In this document: positions 18,711 through 26,942 of the stretch, one piece after another
Numbering within the stretch: position 1 is the first letter of the stretch
How the letters are laid out: every line of letters begins with the position of its first letter
Virus record (IMG/VR): IMGVR_UViG_3300029787_000001
Coordinates: 1 to 64,000 of that record
Origin: a virus
DNA length: 64,000 nt
Strand: one strand, 5' to 3'
Notes under the pieces: generated by a model
What the model was told of the DNA's origin: nothing
The model's database searches: none
The model's input: the letters and a program-made list of their open reading frames with translations, nothing else
Made by a program: the position numbers and the translations under genes

Positions 18711-19400
18711 ATGGCCCGCAAAACACTATTAACAGAATCCGAGATTCGCCAGTTTATGAAGCTAGCGAACATCCAGCCCCTACAAGAAATGGGTGGCGAA
18801 CTACCAGTTCCCGGCATGAGAGATGACGAGGACGAAGACGAACCCGGCATGCGTGACATGCGCGAAGAAGAGAAAGATGAAGATCCTCCCGGCATGAGAG
18901 ACATGCGTGAAGAGGAAGAGGACGAAGATCCTCCCGGTATGCGCGACATGCGCGAGGAAGAAGAGGAAATGGAAATGGACGCCGAAATGGATGCACCTGC
19001 ACCCGAAGGCGACATGGAAATGGACATGGGCGCTGACATGGACATGGGAGCCGATGGCGGGAAAGAAGAGCAGTTTGCAGACATCGTAGACAAGCTCGCA
19101 GATCTACTCGGTCTCGACGCCGACGTAGAGGTCGGTGAAGGTGAGATGGAAATGGGGGGTGATGCTGAAGACGTAGAAGGTGGTGAACTAAAGGTCGATG
19201 CCGCTCCCGAAGGTGAAGACGAAGAGCCAATGATGGAAGTTGAAGACGACGTGATGAACGAAGACGAAGAGATGAATGAAGAAGAAATTGTACAAGAAGT
19301 TGCTCGTCGTGTTGCAGCCCGCCTTCTTCGTGAACAGAAGCAAGATGCTATGGCGACCAAGCTAGCCGAGAGCATTTTCGCGAGACTCACTTCAAAATAA
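18711..19400 (+). CDS. Highly acidic prohead core/scaffold-like protein
   Basis: D/E/M-rich, repeated MRE and LxE sites, ACTATTTA at 18673. Confidence 0.55.
   Translation: MARKTLLTESEIRQFMKLANIQPLQEMGGELPVPGMRDDEDEDEPGMRDMREEEKDEDPPGMRDMREEEEDEDPPGMRDMREEEEEMEMDAEMDAPAPEGDMEMDMGADMDMGADGGKEEQFADIVDKLADLLGLDADVEVGEGEMEMGGDAEDVEGGELKVDAAPEGEDEEPMMEVEDDVMNEDEEMNEEEIVQEVARRVAARLLREQKQDAMATKLAESIFARLTSK
18810..18960 (+). repeat. In-frame tandem repeat PGMRDMREEEEDEDP
   Basis: CCCGG(C/T)ATG at 18810, 18843, 18888, 18933 (33/45/45 nt spacing). Confidence 0.9.
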
Positions 19401-19404
19401 TAGC

Positions 19405-19433
19405 TTGACAAAAATCTCCTGAGCCGCTATAAT
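19405..19433 (+). promoter_or_regulatory. Consensus sigma70 promoter
   Basis: TTGACA-N17-TATAAT followed by a 10-bp hairpin (19435-19462). Confidence 0.85.
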
Positions 19434-19481
19434 AACCATCTAGGTAACCATGCCTAGGTGGTTATTTTATTTGGAGAGACA

Positions 19482-19904
19482 ATGGAAATTATCGTTAGCA
19501 TAGTAATAGCAGGCAGTTCGTTCTTACTTGGGTGGCTTACTTGTTCTGGCTTATACTTTTTCAAAGCCACAAGACTTACAGCACTTATTGTAAAAATGTC
19601 TTATGCTTTCTACTTGACAATTATTAACAAAGGGTTAGAATATCTACACTATGCACACACAAACAGGCTAGAAGCTCTTCGTAAAAACGGCAAGTCCTAT
19701 GGGCATGAAGAGTATGAGTCTCTTAAAAGAGACAACGATAAAGTCACCGAACGCTACAAAGATAATTCAATCACCTATTTACTCCAGGCACACCCAGATT
19801 TGTTTAAAGACTTTATCGAGTTTGATGATTGGAGGGGGTCACAAAGATTCCTAAACAACAACAAGATGGCAGCCATTATGTTTTCAAAGGAGACAAACAA
19901 ATGA
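19482..19904 (+). CDS. Membrane-anchored hypothetical protein
   Basis: N-terminal hydrophobic segment; GGAG RBS. Confidence 0.7.
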   Translation: MEIIVSIVIAGSSFLLGWLTCSGLYFFKATRLTALIVKMSYAFYLTIINKGLEYLHYAHTNRLEALRKNGKSYGHEEYESLKRDNDKVTERYKDNSITYLLQAHPDLFKDFIEFDDWRGSQRFLNNNKMAAIMFSKETNK

Positions 19905-20590
19905 TGCGTAAGATTATTGGAAAGATTATTGACATGGTGCTCCCTCCTGTAAAGGCAGAAGAAGCATCCAAGGAAGCCAATGGAGAAGCAGAGTCCAAGT
20001 CTGAACTTAAAACAATCAGTCTTGAACAACTACTCGGCGGCGATGCCCCCAAAGAGCCCGACCTTCGAGTTATTGGTCTCTACTCCGCAGTTGAAGACGA
20101 GAAGGTAGCCGAGCTTACACAAGCCCTGATTTACCTAAATGAAGTGAATCGCCTGCTTCCTGAAGACAAAGAAAAGAAGCCTGTTGAATTCTATATCAAC
20201 ACTTATGGCGGCAGCGCAGATGATATGTTTGCTCTTTACGATGTCATGCAAACTGTTATGGAAGAGACAGAAATCCACACCATCGGTGTTGGAAAGGTTA
20301 TGTCCGCTGGAACCCTGCTCCTCGCAGCAGGAACTAAGGGCAAGCGCAAGATTGGCAAGAACTGTCGAATCATGATTCACAATGTCTCTTCAGGAAACTT
20401 TGGCATACTTCCAAACTTAGCAAATGAACTTGAAGCCATACAGCGCTTGCAAGAAGACTACATCGTCGCTATGGTTGAGAACACAAAGTTTACACGCAAG
20501 AAGCTAGAGAAACTACTTAATGAAAAAGTAAACATCTACCTTGATGCTGAAGAAGCGATCAAGTATGGTCTTGCCGACGAAATAATGTAA
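19901..20590 (+). CDS. clpP: ClpP-like protease subunit
   Basis: YINTYGG, GKVMSAGTLLLAAG, IMIH, AEEAIKYGLAD. Confidence 0.92.
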   Translation: MMRKIIGKIIDMVLPPVKAEEASKEANGEAESKSELKTISLEQLLGGDAPKEPDLRVIGLYSAVEDEKVAELTQALIYLNEVNRLLPEDKEKKPVEFYINTYGGSADDMFALYDVMQTVMEETEIHTIGVGKVMSAGTLLLAAGTKGKRKIGKNCRIMIHNVSSGNFGILPNLANELEAIQRLQEDYIVAMVENTKFTRKKLEKLLNEKVNIYLDAEEAIKYGLADEIM

Positions 20591-20599
20591 GGGGTTGTT

Positions 20600-21496
20600 A
20601 TGTCTGATAGTTTGTTGATGCTTCTCGAAATGATCGAGGAGGCTTTAAAAGAAGCCAAAAGAGATGCTGTTCCTGACACACTCGCAAGGCTTGTCCCAAT
20701 TGAGAAAGCCTCGGAGGCAGAGCGTGCAGTCTATGACACAGAGCTACAGACAATTCAAGACCCTGATGGTACGTCTAGAGAGATAGAGGTTGTTAGGATT
20801 CCAATTACGTTGAAAACCAACACTGGTCTTGGCGCCGAGAAGCACCTCAAAGTCTCTTTGGAAACTCATTTCAAATCAAGGGGGCAGCGATTTTCTGACT
20901 ACAAAGTGGGAGATCCTCAGGGATCAGGTCCAAACCCTGACATTGTGGTTTCCGCGCCTACAGAATCTATAGCATTTGAGGTTAAGAACTCTCCAGGCGG
21001 TCTCGTAGATTACGGACAATCTGATTTGTTTTTTAATGGTCAGGAATGGGTTTTGGTTAGCGATAACCCCGAGCTTAGGCGGTCATTTGATTATTTGAAG
21101 AATAAAATTCCAGTCAACCTCGACATTCCCACAAACACCGTTTCTGTCTCAATAGAACAAGCAAAAAGATTAGCTAATGAAGGTCTCAGGGCTTCTGTTA
21201 AGGTTCCTGTTACCAACATAGCAAATTATTACGCACCCAAAAATCGGTTTATCTTTATTAGAAACACTGATTCGGTTTATTGCCTTCGGAAAGACGACCC
21301 GCTAATCAAAGAAGGGATTCCCTATTTTGCAAATAGCGTAAGTGGTGCCATAACATCGTTTAGGATCAAGAATCAAGGTAAAAAAGCATCACCCAACAGA
21401 AGGTTCAGGTTCAAACTAACCCAGAGGATTGCAAGTGATAAAGATATAGAGGCTGGGATGGGTTTGGATGACGCCCTCCCCCTTATCTTCCCTTGA
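20600..21496 (+). CDS. PD-(D/E)XK nuclease-like protein with helical N-terminal extension
   Basis: PDIVV....IAFEVKN; paralog of 21544. Confidence 0.6.
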   Translation: MSDSLLMLLEMIEEALKEAKRDAVPDTLARLVPIEKASEAERAVYDTELQTIQDPDGTSREIEVVRIPITLKTNTGLGAEKHLKVSLETHFKSRGQRFSDYKVGDPQGSGPNPDIVVSAPTESIAFEVKNSPGGLVDYGQSDLFFNGQEWVLVSDNPELRRSFDYLKNKIPVNLDIPTNTVSVSIEQAKRLANEGLRASVKVPVTNIANYYAPKNRFIFIRNTDSVYCLRKDDPLIKEGIPYFANSVSGAITSFRIKNQGKKASPNRRFRFKLTQRIASDKDIEAGMGLDDALPLIFP

Positions 21497-21521
21497 CAGC
21501 ACCCAACAACTCGGTTACACT
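21493..21521 (+). promoter_or_regulatory. sigma70-type promoter
   Basis: TTGACA-N17-TACACT. Confidence 0.8.
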
Positions 21522-21543
21522 ATAAACATAACATGGAGGACTC

Positions 21544-22275
21544 ATGCCCGCAGGACAAGGCGGACGCCACTACGAGCGATTGCTCGTGTCAAAAATCAAC
21601 TACTTCGCTCTACAGCATGGACTAGATCTGGAGTGTTCAGACCCAGCCGGAGCAAACAAGAATGAGAAAGACATCAAGATCACTGGTGTCAAGTCACTCA
21701 CGATTGAGGCAAAGAACACCATCGGCAAGCGTGGTGAGTTTGGACAGTTCCAGCTAAAGTGGGCTGATGGAGAGTGGAAGCTAAAGAAAAGCAAGAACTC
21801 GGACCTGACAAAGAGGATCTTTGATGCTGTTGTCTCAAAACTCCCATCAGTTGAGGGCTATGATGCTCTTAGCTACACCAATCTAAACTTTGAGATTGCA
21901 GATAACCTGCGCAATGCTTGGCTTGGCTCTCGTTTTGAAGATGGCAAGTATGCTGGCTTTGACATTATCGATGTTGATGCCTCCGAGATTGGTCTATCTG
22001 CTTCCGGCATCATCGAAGAATACTATGCCGGTAACGATGCAATCCAGATCGATGGCTATGGGCTATACGGCTTGAGCGAAAAGATTCCAACCAAGTTTTC
22101 AGACGCAGATCCTTGGGTAAAGGTAAAGTTCCGTGTAAAGTATCACGGCGGATTCAAGAAGGGTAAGCCCCGCTACTCCTTCACGGTTGTTCCATTTGTG
22201 GAAGACCTTGCGGCATCTGACCTAGATCTTGAGGATGACGAGACACTAAAGCAAATCTTCATGGAGGAAACTTGA
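21544..22275 (+). CDS. PD-(D/E)XK nuclease-like protein (putative REase)
   Basis: G..YE, KDIKI...LTIEAKN; coupled to an MTase. Confidence 0.6.
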   Translation: MPAGQGGRHYERLLVSKINYFALQHGLDLECSDPAGANKNEKDIKITGVKSLTIEAKNTIGKRGEFGQFQLKWADGEWKLKKSKNSDLTKRIFDAVVSKLPSVEGYDALSYTNLNFEIADNLRNAWLGSRFEDGKYAGFDIIDVDASEIGLSASGIIEEYYAGNDAIQIDGYGLYGLSEKIPTKFSDADPWVKVKFRVKYHGGFKKGKPRYSFTVVPFVEDLAASDLDLEDDETLKQIFMEET

Positions 22276-23033
22276 AATCACCACTACGTTATCCCGGTGG
22301 CAAGACACGAGCAATCAAGCACCTGCTGCCTCACATTCCAGAGGGAGACATCTGCGCCCCATTCATGGGCGGTGGATCGCTGGAACTAAGATTGGCTGAA
22401 GATAGGAAGGTCTATGCTTATGATGCTTTCTACCCTCTCTACAACTTTTGGAATTGCTTGCTCACCGACAAAGAAGAACTAGTAAAAGAAGTTCGTGCGC
22501 TACATCCGGTAGATAAGACTGGCTTCAAGACGCTGCGAGAGCTACTCAAGTCTTACAACAGCAAGCATCTACAGTCTTATGTTGCGGCTGCCGCTTACTT
22601 TGCAATCAATCGCTCTTCGTTTTCAGGCGCAACATTGTCAGGTGGTTATTCAAAGCAAGCAGCCGATGGGCGCTTCAACGAGAATAGCATCAAGAGGTTG
22701 GAGAACTTCGACGCACCCAACTTAACAGTAGGCTTTAAGAGCTTTGAGGAGTCGATAGAGCTTCACAAAAAAGAGTTCTTATACTTGGACCCTCCCTATT
22801 TTCTAGAAGAAAAGAGCAAGCTTTATGGCAAGAACGGAGACATGCATGAAGATTTTGATCATAAATTGTTGCATTCCCTCTTGACAAATCGTCAGAACTG
22901 GTTATTATGTTACAATGATTGTGACTTCATTCGTCAGCATTACTCGGACTGCGAAATAATCCCAGCCGAATGGGCTTACGGAATGAACAAAAGCAAGAAG
23001 TCAAACGAAGTTTTCATTATTTCACGAGGTTAA
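22272..23033 (+). CDS. N6-adenine DNA methyltransferase, Dam/D12 class
   Basis: LRYPGGKT, PFMGGGS, NRSSFSG, YLDPPY. Confidence 0.93.
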   Translation: MKSPLRYPGGKTRAIKHLLPHIPEGDICAPFMGGGSLELRLAEDRKVYAYDAFYPLYNFWNCLLTDKEELVKEVRALHPVDKTGFKTLRELLKSYNSKHLQSYVAAAAYFAINRSSFSGATLSGGYSKQAADGRFNENSIKRLENFDAPNLTVGFKSFEESIELHKKEFLYLDPPYFLEEKSKLYGKNGDMHEDFDHKLLHSLLTNRQNWLLCYNDCDFIRQHYSDCEIIPAEWAYGMNKSKKSNEVFIISRG

Positions 23034-23035
23034 AA

Positions 23036-24616
23036 ATGACAAACAAGATGGTGTTCGCAAACAACGAAGAACTACGGCAGAAGATTCTAAACGGAGCCAA
23101 TAAGCTGGCTGACTATGTTTCTTCTACTCTCGGACCAAAGGGCAGGACCGTTCTCCTCAAAGAGCAGGACAAGTCTGCATTCGCGACCAAAGATGGTGTC
23201 ACGGTCGCCCAGTTCGTTCAGTTGGACGATGAGTTTGAAAACGCTGGCGCGCAGATTATTCGCCAAGCTGCAAACGAAACCAACACAAGCGCAGGCGACG
23301 GGACCACAACGGCTACTGTTCTTGCGAGAGCAATTCTGAACGAAGCACAACGGCACATAGTTGCCGGCGTTTCGCCAATCGAACTACAAAGAGGTATAGA
23401 TGCAACTGTTTCAGAGATCTGCAAGAATTTATCAGAAATGTCGAGACCGGTTACTAGCATTGACGACATCAAGCACATTGCCACGATTTCTGCCAATAAC
23501 GACTCCACTATTGGGGATCTTATTGCTTTGGCTGTGGACAAAGTTGGACAAGATGGTTCTATAACAATCGAAGAGTCTCGCTCAATGGAAACTTCCATCG
23601 ATGTCACAGAAGGCTTCCGCTTTTCCGCTGGCTATTGTGCGTCTGCGTTTGTTAATGATGAACGCAGAAATGTAATGAGCTATGAAGAGCCACTTGTCAT
23701 GGTCACAGACTACAAGATTACACAAGTAGAACAGATACTACCAATTCTTGAGTTGGTTGCAAGAGAGGCGCGTCCCCTTGTTATTATTGCAGAGGACATT
23801 GAAGGTCAAGCCCTCGCAGCGATGATTATGAATGCTATGCGTGGATCTCTGAAGATTGCAGGAATCAAGGCTCCCTTCTATGGAGAAGAGCGCCGACACC
23901 TGCTCTCAGACCTCGCAATGTCTACGGGTGCAACCTTTATTACTAGAGAGTCTGGGCAAAAACTACAGACCACAACCCTTGATCAGCTTGGTTCAGCAAA
24001 ATCTGTTGAGAGCACAAAGGTTGGCACTATTCTTGTCGGAGGAAACTGCGACTATGAGGGAGTAGAGACTCGCATTGAAAGCCTAAAGAACGAAATTGCT
24101 AACACAGATGACTTTGCAGAATGCGAGCGCATCCAGGGACGCATCGTTCGACTATCATCAGGCGTGGCGGTTATTCATGTTGGTGGCGCGACTCAAGTAG
24201 AGATGACAGAACGCAAGCATCGCATTGAAGACGCGCTTGAAGCAGTCCGATCCGCCCAGGAAGAGGGAGTGATTGGTGGCGGTGGCACTGCCTTGTTGCG
24301 TGCGAGCAATTCTATTACAATTGTAACTGACCACAATGAACAGGCAATCGGCATGACTATCGTCAAGGCTGCTTGTCAAGCACCCTTCCGCCAAATGTGC
24401 AGAAACGGAGGCAACAGCGAAGACCTCCTTCTGGCACACGTTCTCGACCAGCCCAATGACATGGGTTATGATTTCCGCACTGGGGGTTTGATTGATCTCT
24501 ATCAGCGTGGTATCCTAGATCCTGTGAGAGTAACTAAGTCCGCGCTAAAGAACGCAGCTTCTTGTGCTGGCACGCTCATCACAACAAACTATGGGATTAT
24601 TGAAGTGCCATCATGA
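23036..24616 (+). CDS. groEL: Chaperonin GroEL-like, no GGM tail
   Basis: TLGPKGR, TKDGVTVA, AGDGTTTATVLA, GGGTAL, ILDP. Confidence 0.96.
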   Translation: MTNKMVFANNEELRQKILNGANKLADYVSSTLGPKGRTVLLKEQDKSAFATKDGVTVAQFVQLDDEFENAGAQIIRQAANETNTSAGDGTTTATVLARAILNEAQRHIVAGVSPIELQRGIDATVSEICKNLSEMSRPVTSIDDIKHIATISANNDSTIGDLIALAVDKVGQDGSITIEESRSMETSIDVTEGFRFSAGYCASAFVNDERRNVMSYEEPLVMVTDYKITQVEQILPILELVAREARPLVIIAEDIEGQALAAMIMNAMRGSLKIAGIKAPFYGEERRHLLSDLAMSTGATFITRESGQKLQTTTLDQLGSAKSVESTKVGTILVGGNCDYEGVETRIESLKNEIANTDDFAECERIQGRIVRLSSGVAVIHVGGATQVEMTERKHRIEDALEAVRSAQEEGVIGGGGTALLRASNSITIVTDHNEQAIGMTIVKAACQAPFRQMCRNGGNSEDLLLAHVLDQPNDMGYDFRTGGLIDLYQRGILDPVRVTKSALKNAASCAGTLITTNYGIIEVPS

Positions 24617-24849
24617 TAAAAGGAGACTTGGTTCATATCCCGCAGGGAACGCTCTTGCTGAGAGAAAGAAACAAGACTTTATGGGATGGCACAGCTTACA
24701 TCAAGTGCGAGAAGCCGATTCGTGCTCTTTTTTGGGAGCGAGATCCAAAAGAACCTCGTTGGGGTTTTATTTACTACAAAGAGACCGTTTGGTCTGTTAA
24801 GATGAGAGAGATTTACCCAATAATACAGGAGATTGGAAATGCTAGTTAG
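24613..24849 (+). CDS. Small KOW-like hypothetical protein
   Basis: MIKGDLVHIP. Confidence 0.65.
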   Translation: MIKGDLVHIPQGTLLLRERNKTLWDGTAYIKCEKPIRALFWERDPKEPRWGFIYYKETVWSVKMREIYPIIQEIGNAS

Positions 24850-25129
24850 ACTAACAGAGATTTGTGGAACCGGCGCCGTTACAACTGGTCGTAAGTATGC
24901 GCTGCGTGAAGTGTTTGTAAATCCAGAGCACGTTGTAATGGTGAGGGAAGAGCACCAACTTAGGCAACTAAACGAGCATGGAATGCTCACCGAGGGGCTC
25001 AATAAAGAGCACCGCTTTTCAAAGATCACTATTGACAAAGGCACGACAGGAACAGAGATCACGGTTGTTGGAGACCCCGACACTGTGGAGAATGCCTTGA
25101 ATAGTCGCAGCCATGTGTTGAAGGGATGA
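24839..25129 (+). CDS. Hypothetical protein
   Basis: AGGAG RBS; VFVNPEHVV.VRE (FlbD-like pattern, weak). Confidence 0.65.
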   Translation: MLVRLTEICGTGAVTTGRKYALREVFVNPEHVVMVREEHQLRQLNEHGMLTEGLNKEHRFSKITIDKGTTGTEITVVGDPDTVENALNSRSHVLKG

Positions 25130-25133
25130 AAAG

Positions 25134-25517
25134 ATGGGACAAAGAGTAAACATTCAGTATTCTGTCGATCTTGGTGATCTAGATGCAGAGGTCAACCGGC
25201 TTTTTGACAATGCAGTCAAACAATTGGCAACGCTTGCTCCCCCTTCTTTCGACTATGTTTCTATGGATCTTAGTGGAATTGAGAGGATTGATGGACTGCG
25301 ACAGAAGTTGGCAAAAATAGACATAGCTCTTGGAGATGTTCAGAACATTGTCGAGGGTTACGTTCACTATAAGACGGCACCACAACAAAAAGTTGAGCCC
25401 GAAGTGACTAATAACTCAGAAGAGTTGGAGATGGAACAACTAGAAGACAGGATAGCTAAGTTTAAGGAGTTGCTTGATGCGCAGTCCAATCAAGAATCTG
25501 AAGAAGCGAACGAATAG
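25134..25517 (+). CDS. Coiled-coil hypothetical protein
   Basis: 127 aa helical ORF in operon. Confidence 0.65.
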   Translation: MGQRVNIQYSVDLGDLDAEVNRLFDNAVKQLATLAPPSFDYVSMDLSGIERIDGLRQKLAKIDIALGDVQNIVEGYVHYKTAPQQKVEPEVTNNSEELEMEQLEDRIAKFKELLDAQSNQESEEANE

Positions 25518-26235
25518 CCTTTCGATAATCAAAGAATTGATGCCAAAAGGCTCAATTATAGAGAGCCATCTGTTCTATGATGGCTCTCTTGAGTTGAATC
25601 TTGCTGAAGATGACAGGTTTGTGGTGGCGAATGCTTCAAAGTATGTTGTCTATGAGTTTTGGGCTTGTGCAATGGAAAACCCAAAGAGAATAGCCGACAT
25701 GGCAAGCCACCTGTTCCCCTCTTTAAACGAACAAACTTTCGACATTCTACAGAAAGATTGGGCTCGTTACAAAGATCCCTATGTTCGATCCGCCTTCTTC
25801 TTCCTTCTCAATAGGTGCAGTGCTCTTGGGATGATTACCCACGGAGAGTTTGACACCAAGAACTATAACCCTTTCGCAACTAACGATTTGCGTCAGTTTG
25901 CTCCAAAAAACTTCCACCTGATTGGGAGTCCAAATAAAAAAATGGAGGAAACCATAGGCGTTGTAGAGGAAGCAACGCACATCTTTATCCACGCTGGCAA
26001 GTTCTCGTTCAACCTATTCGAGCACGGCACAACAGAGTCGTTAGAAGAAACAAAATTTAATCATAATAAACTTCTCGAATCTCTATCTATAAGCGATAAG
26101 AAAGCCGCAGTGGTTTACGATTTTCACCCGAGACTCAAGACTTATAAAAATAAATTTAATTTGACTTTTTTGGATGAATCGGGTAAGATAACAACTGAAC
26201 AAAATGCAAAGGAAATAGTCTTACACAATGCTTAA
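25477..26235 (+). CDS. Catalytically degenerate Dam-like paralog
   Basis: Colinear with 22272 (MRSP/MKSP, GSLEL.LAED, F..NR.S) but GGK, FxGxG and DPPY motifs are lost. Confidence 0.7.
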   Translation: MRSPIKNLKKRTNSLSIIKELMPKGSIIESHLFYDGSLELNLAEDDRFVVANASKYVVYEFWACAMENPKRIADMASHLFPSLNEQTFDILQKDWARYKDPYVRSAFFFLLNRCSALGMITHGEFDTKNYNPFATNDLRQFAPKNFHLIGSPNKKMEETIGVVEEATHIFIHAGKFSFNLFEHGTTESLEETKFNHNKLLESLSISDKKAAVVYDFHPRLKTYKNKFNLTFLDESGKITTEQNAKEIVLHNA

Positions 26236-26575
26236 CAAGCTCCTATTCGCTACCATCCTTTTTGTCATTGGTCAGACCATAACTTGGTTTTCGTCTTATG
26301 GGCAGTTCGTGTGGGTCTGGGCAAAGCAAAATCCCCTGATGATTGCCCTCATAACGGCAATCCCGGCACAATTGTGTTTCATTTACGGCGTTAAGTACGC
26401 TTACAGCTTTTTTGAGAATGGGTGGGGACCAAGGTTCTACATCTTTTCTCTATCATTTGTTGTAATGCCAGTTCTTTTTTGGCATTTTATGGGTGAACAG
26501 TTCTTCACAACAAAAAACATCTTATCGGTTGCTCTTGCAACTGCTATTGTCTACATCCAAATGAGGTTCAAATGA
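26228..26575 (+). CDS. Small multi-pass membrane protein
   Basis: About four hydrophobic segments. Confidence 0.75.
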   Translation: MLNKLLFATILFVIGQTITWFSSYGQFVWVWAKQNPLMIALITAIPAQLCFIYGVKYAYSFFENGWGPRFYIFSLSFVVMPVLFWHFMGEQFFTTKNILSVALATAIVYIQMRFK

Positions 26576-26904
26576 GAAAAGTCGAAAAGAATTGGGGCTA
26601 CGAGATAATCTGGGCTGAAACTAAAGATTATGTCGGTAAGCTACTTCACATCAACGCTGGTCACAGGCTGTCCCTTCAGTACCATGAGGTAAAAGAAGAG
26701 ACGGTTTATGTTGTTTCTGGCACGCTTTACATTTATGATGGCGAAGGCAACATCACCAAACTAAACCCCGGCGAGAGCTTCCATGTAACCCCGCTTCAGG
26801 TCCATCGCTTTGGTGCGAATGAAAGTGCTGTTGAGATTATGGAAGTAAGCACTCCGCATCTTGATGACGTAGTTAGACTAGAAGACGACTATGGCAGGAA
26901 ATAG
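26572..26904 (+). CDS. Cupin (mannose-6-P-isomerase-like)
   Basis: VEKNWGYE, LSLQYH..KEET, PLQVHRF, EVST. Confidence 0.85.
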   Translation: MRKVEKNWGYEIIWAETKDYVGKLLHINAGHRLSLQYHEVKEETVYVVSGTLYIYDGEGNITKLNPGESFHVTPLQVHRFGANESAVEIMEVSTPHLDDVVRLEDDYGRK

Positions 26905-26942
26905 AAAAAACAAAACTATTTATAGCGTAATAGGAGAATAGA

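Noticed and set aside
22881-22908. TTGACA-N16-TATTAT inside the second MTase gene
   Set aside because: Plausible groEL promoter, but off-consensus spacing and inside coding sequence; not enough support to list
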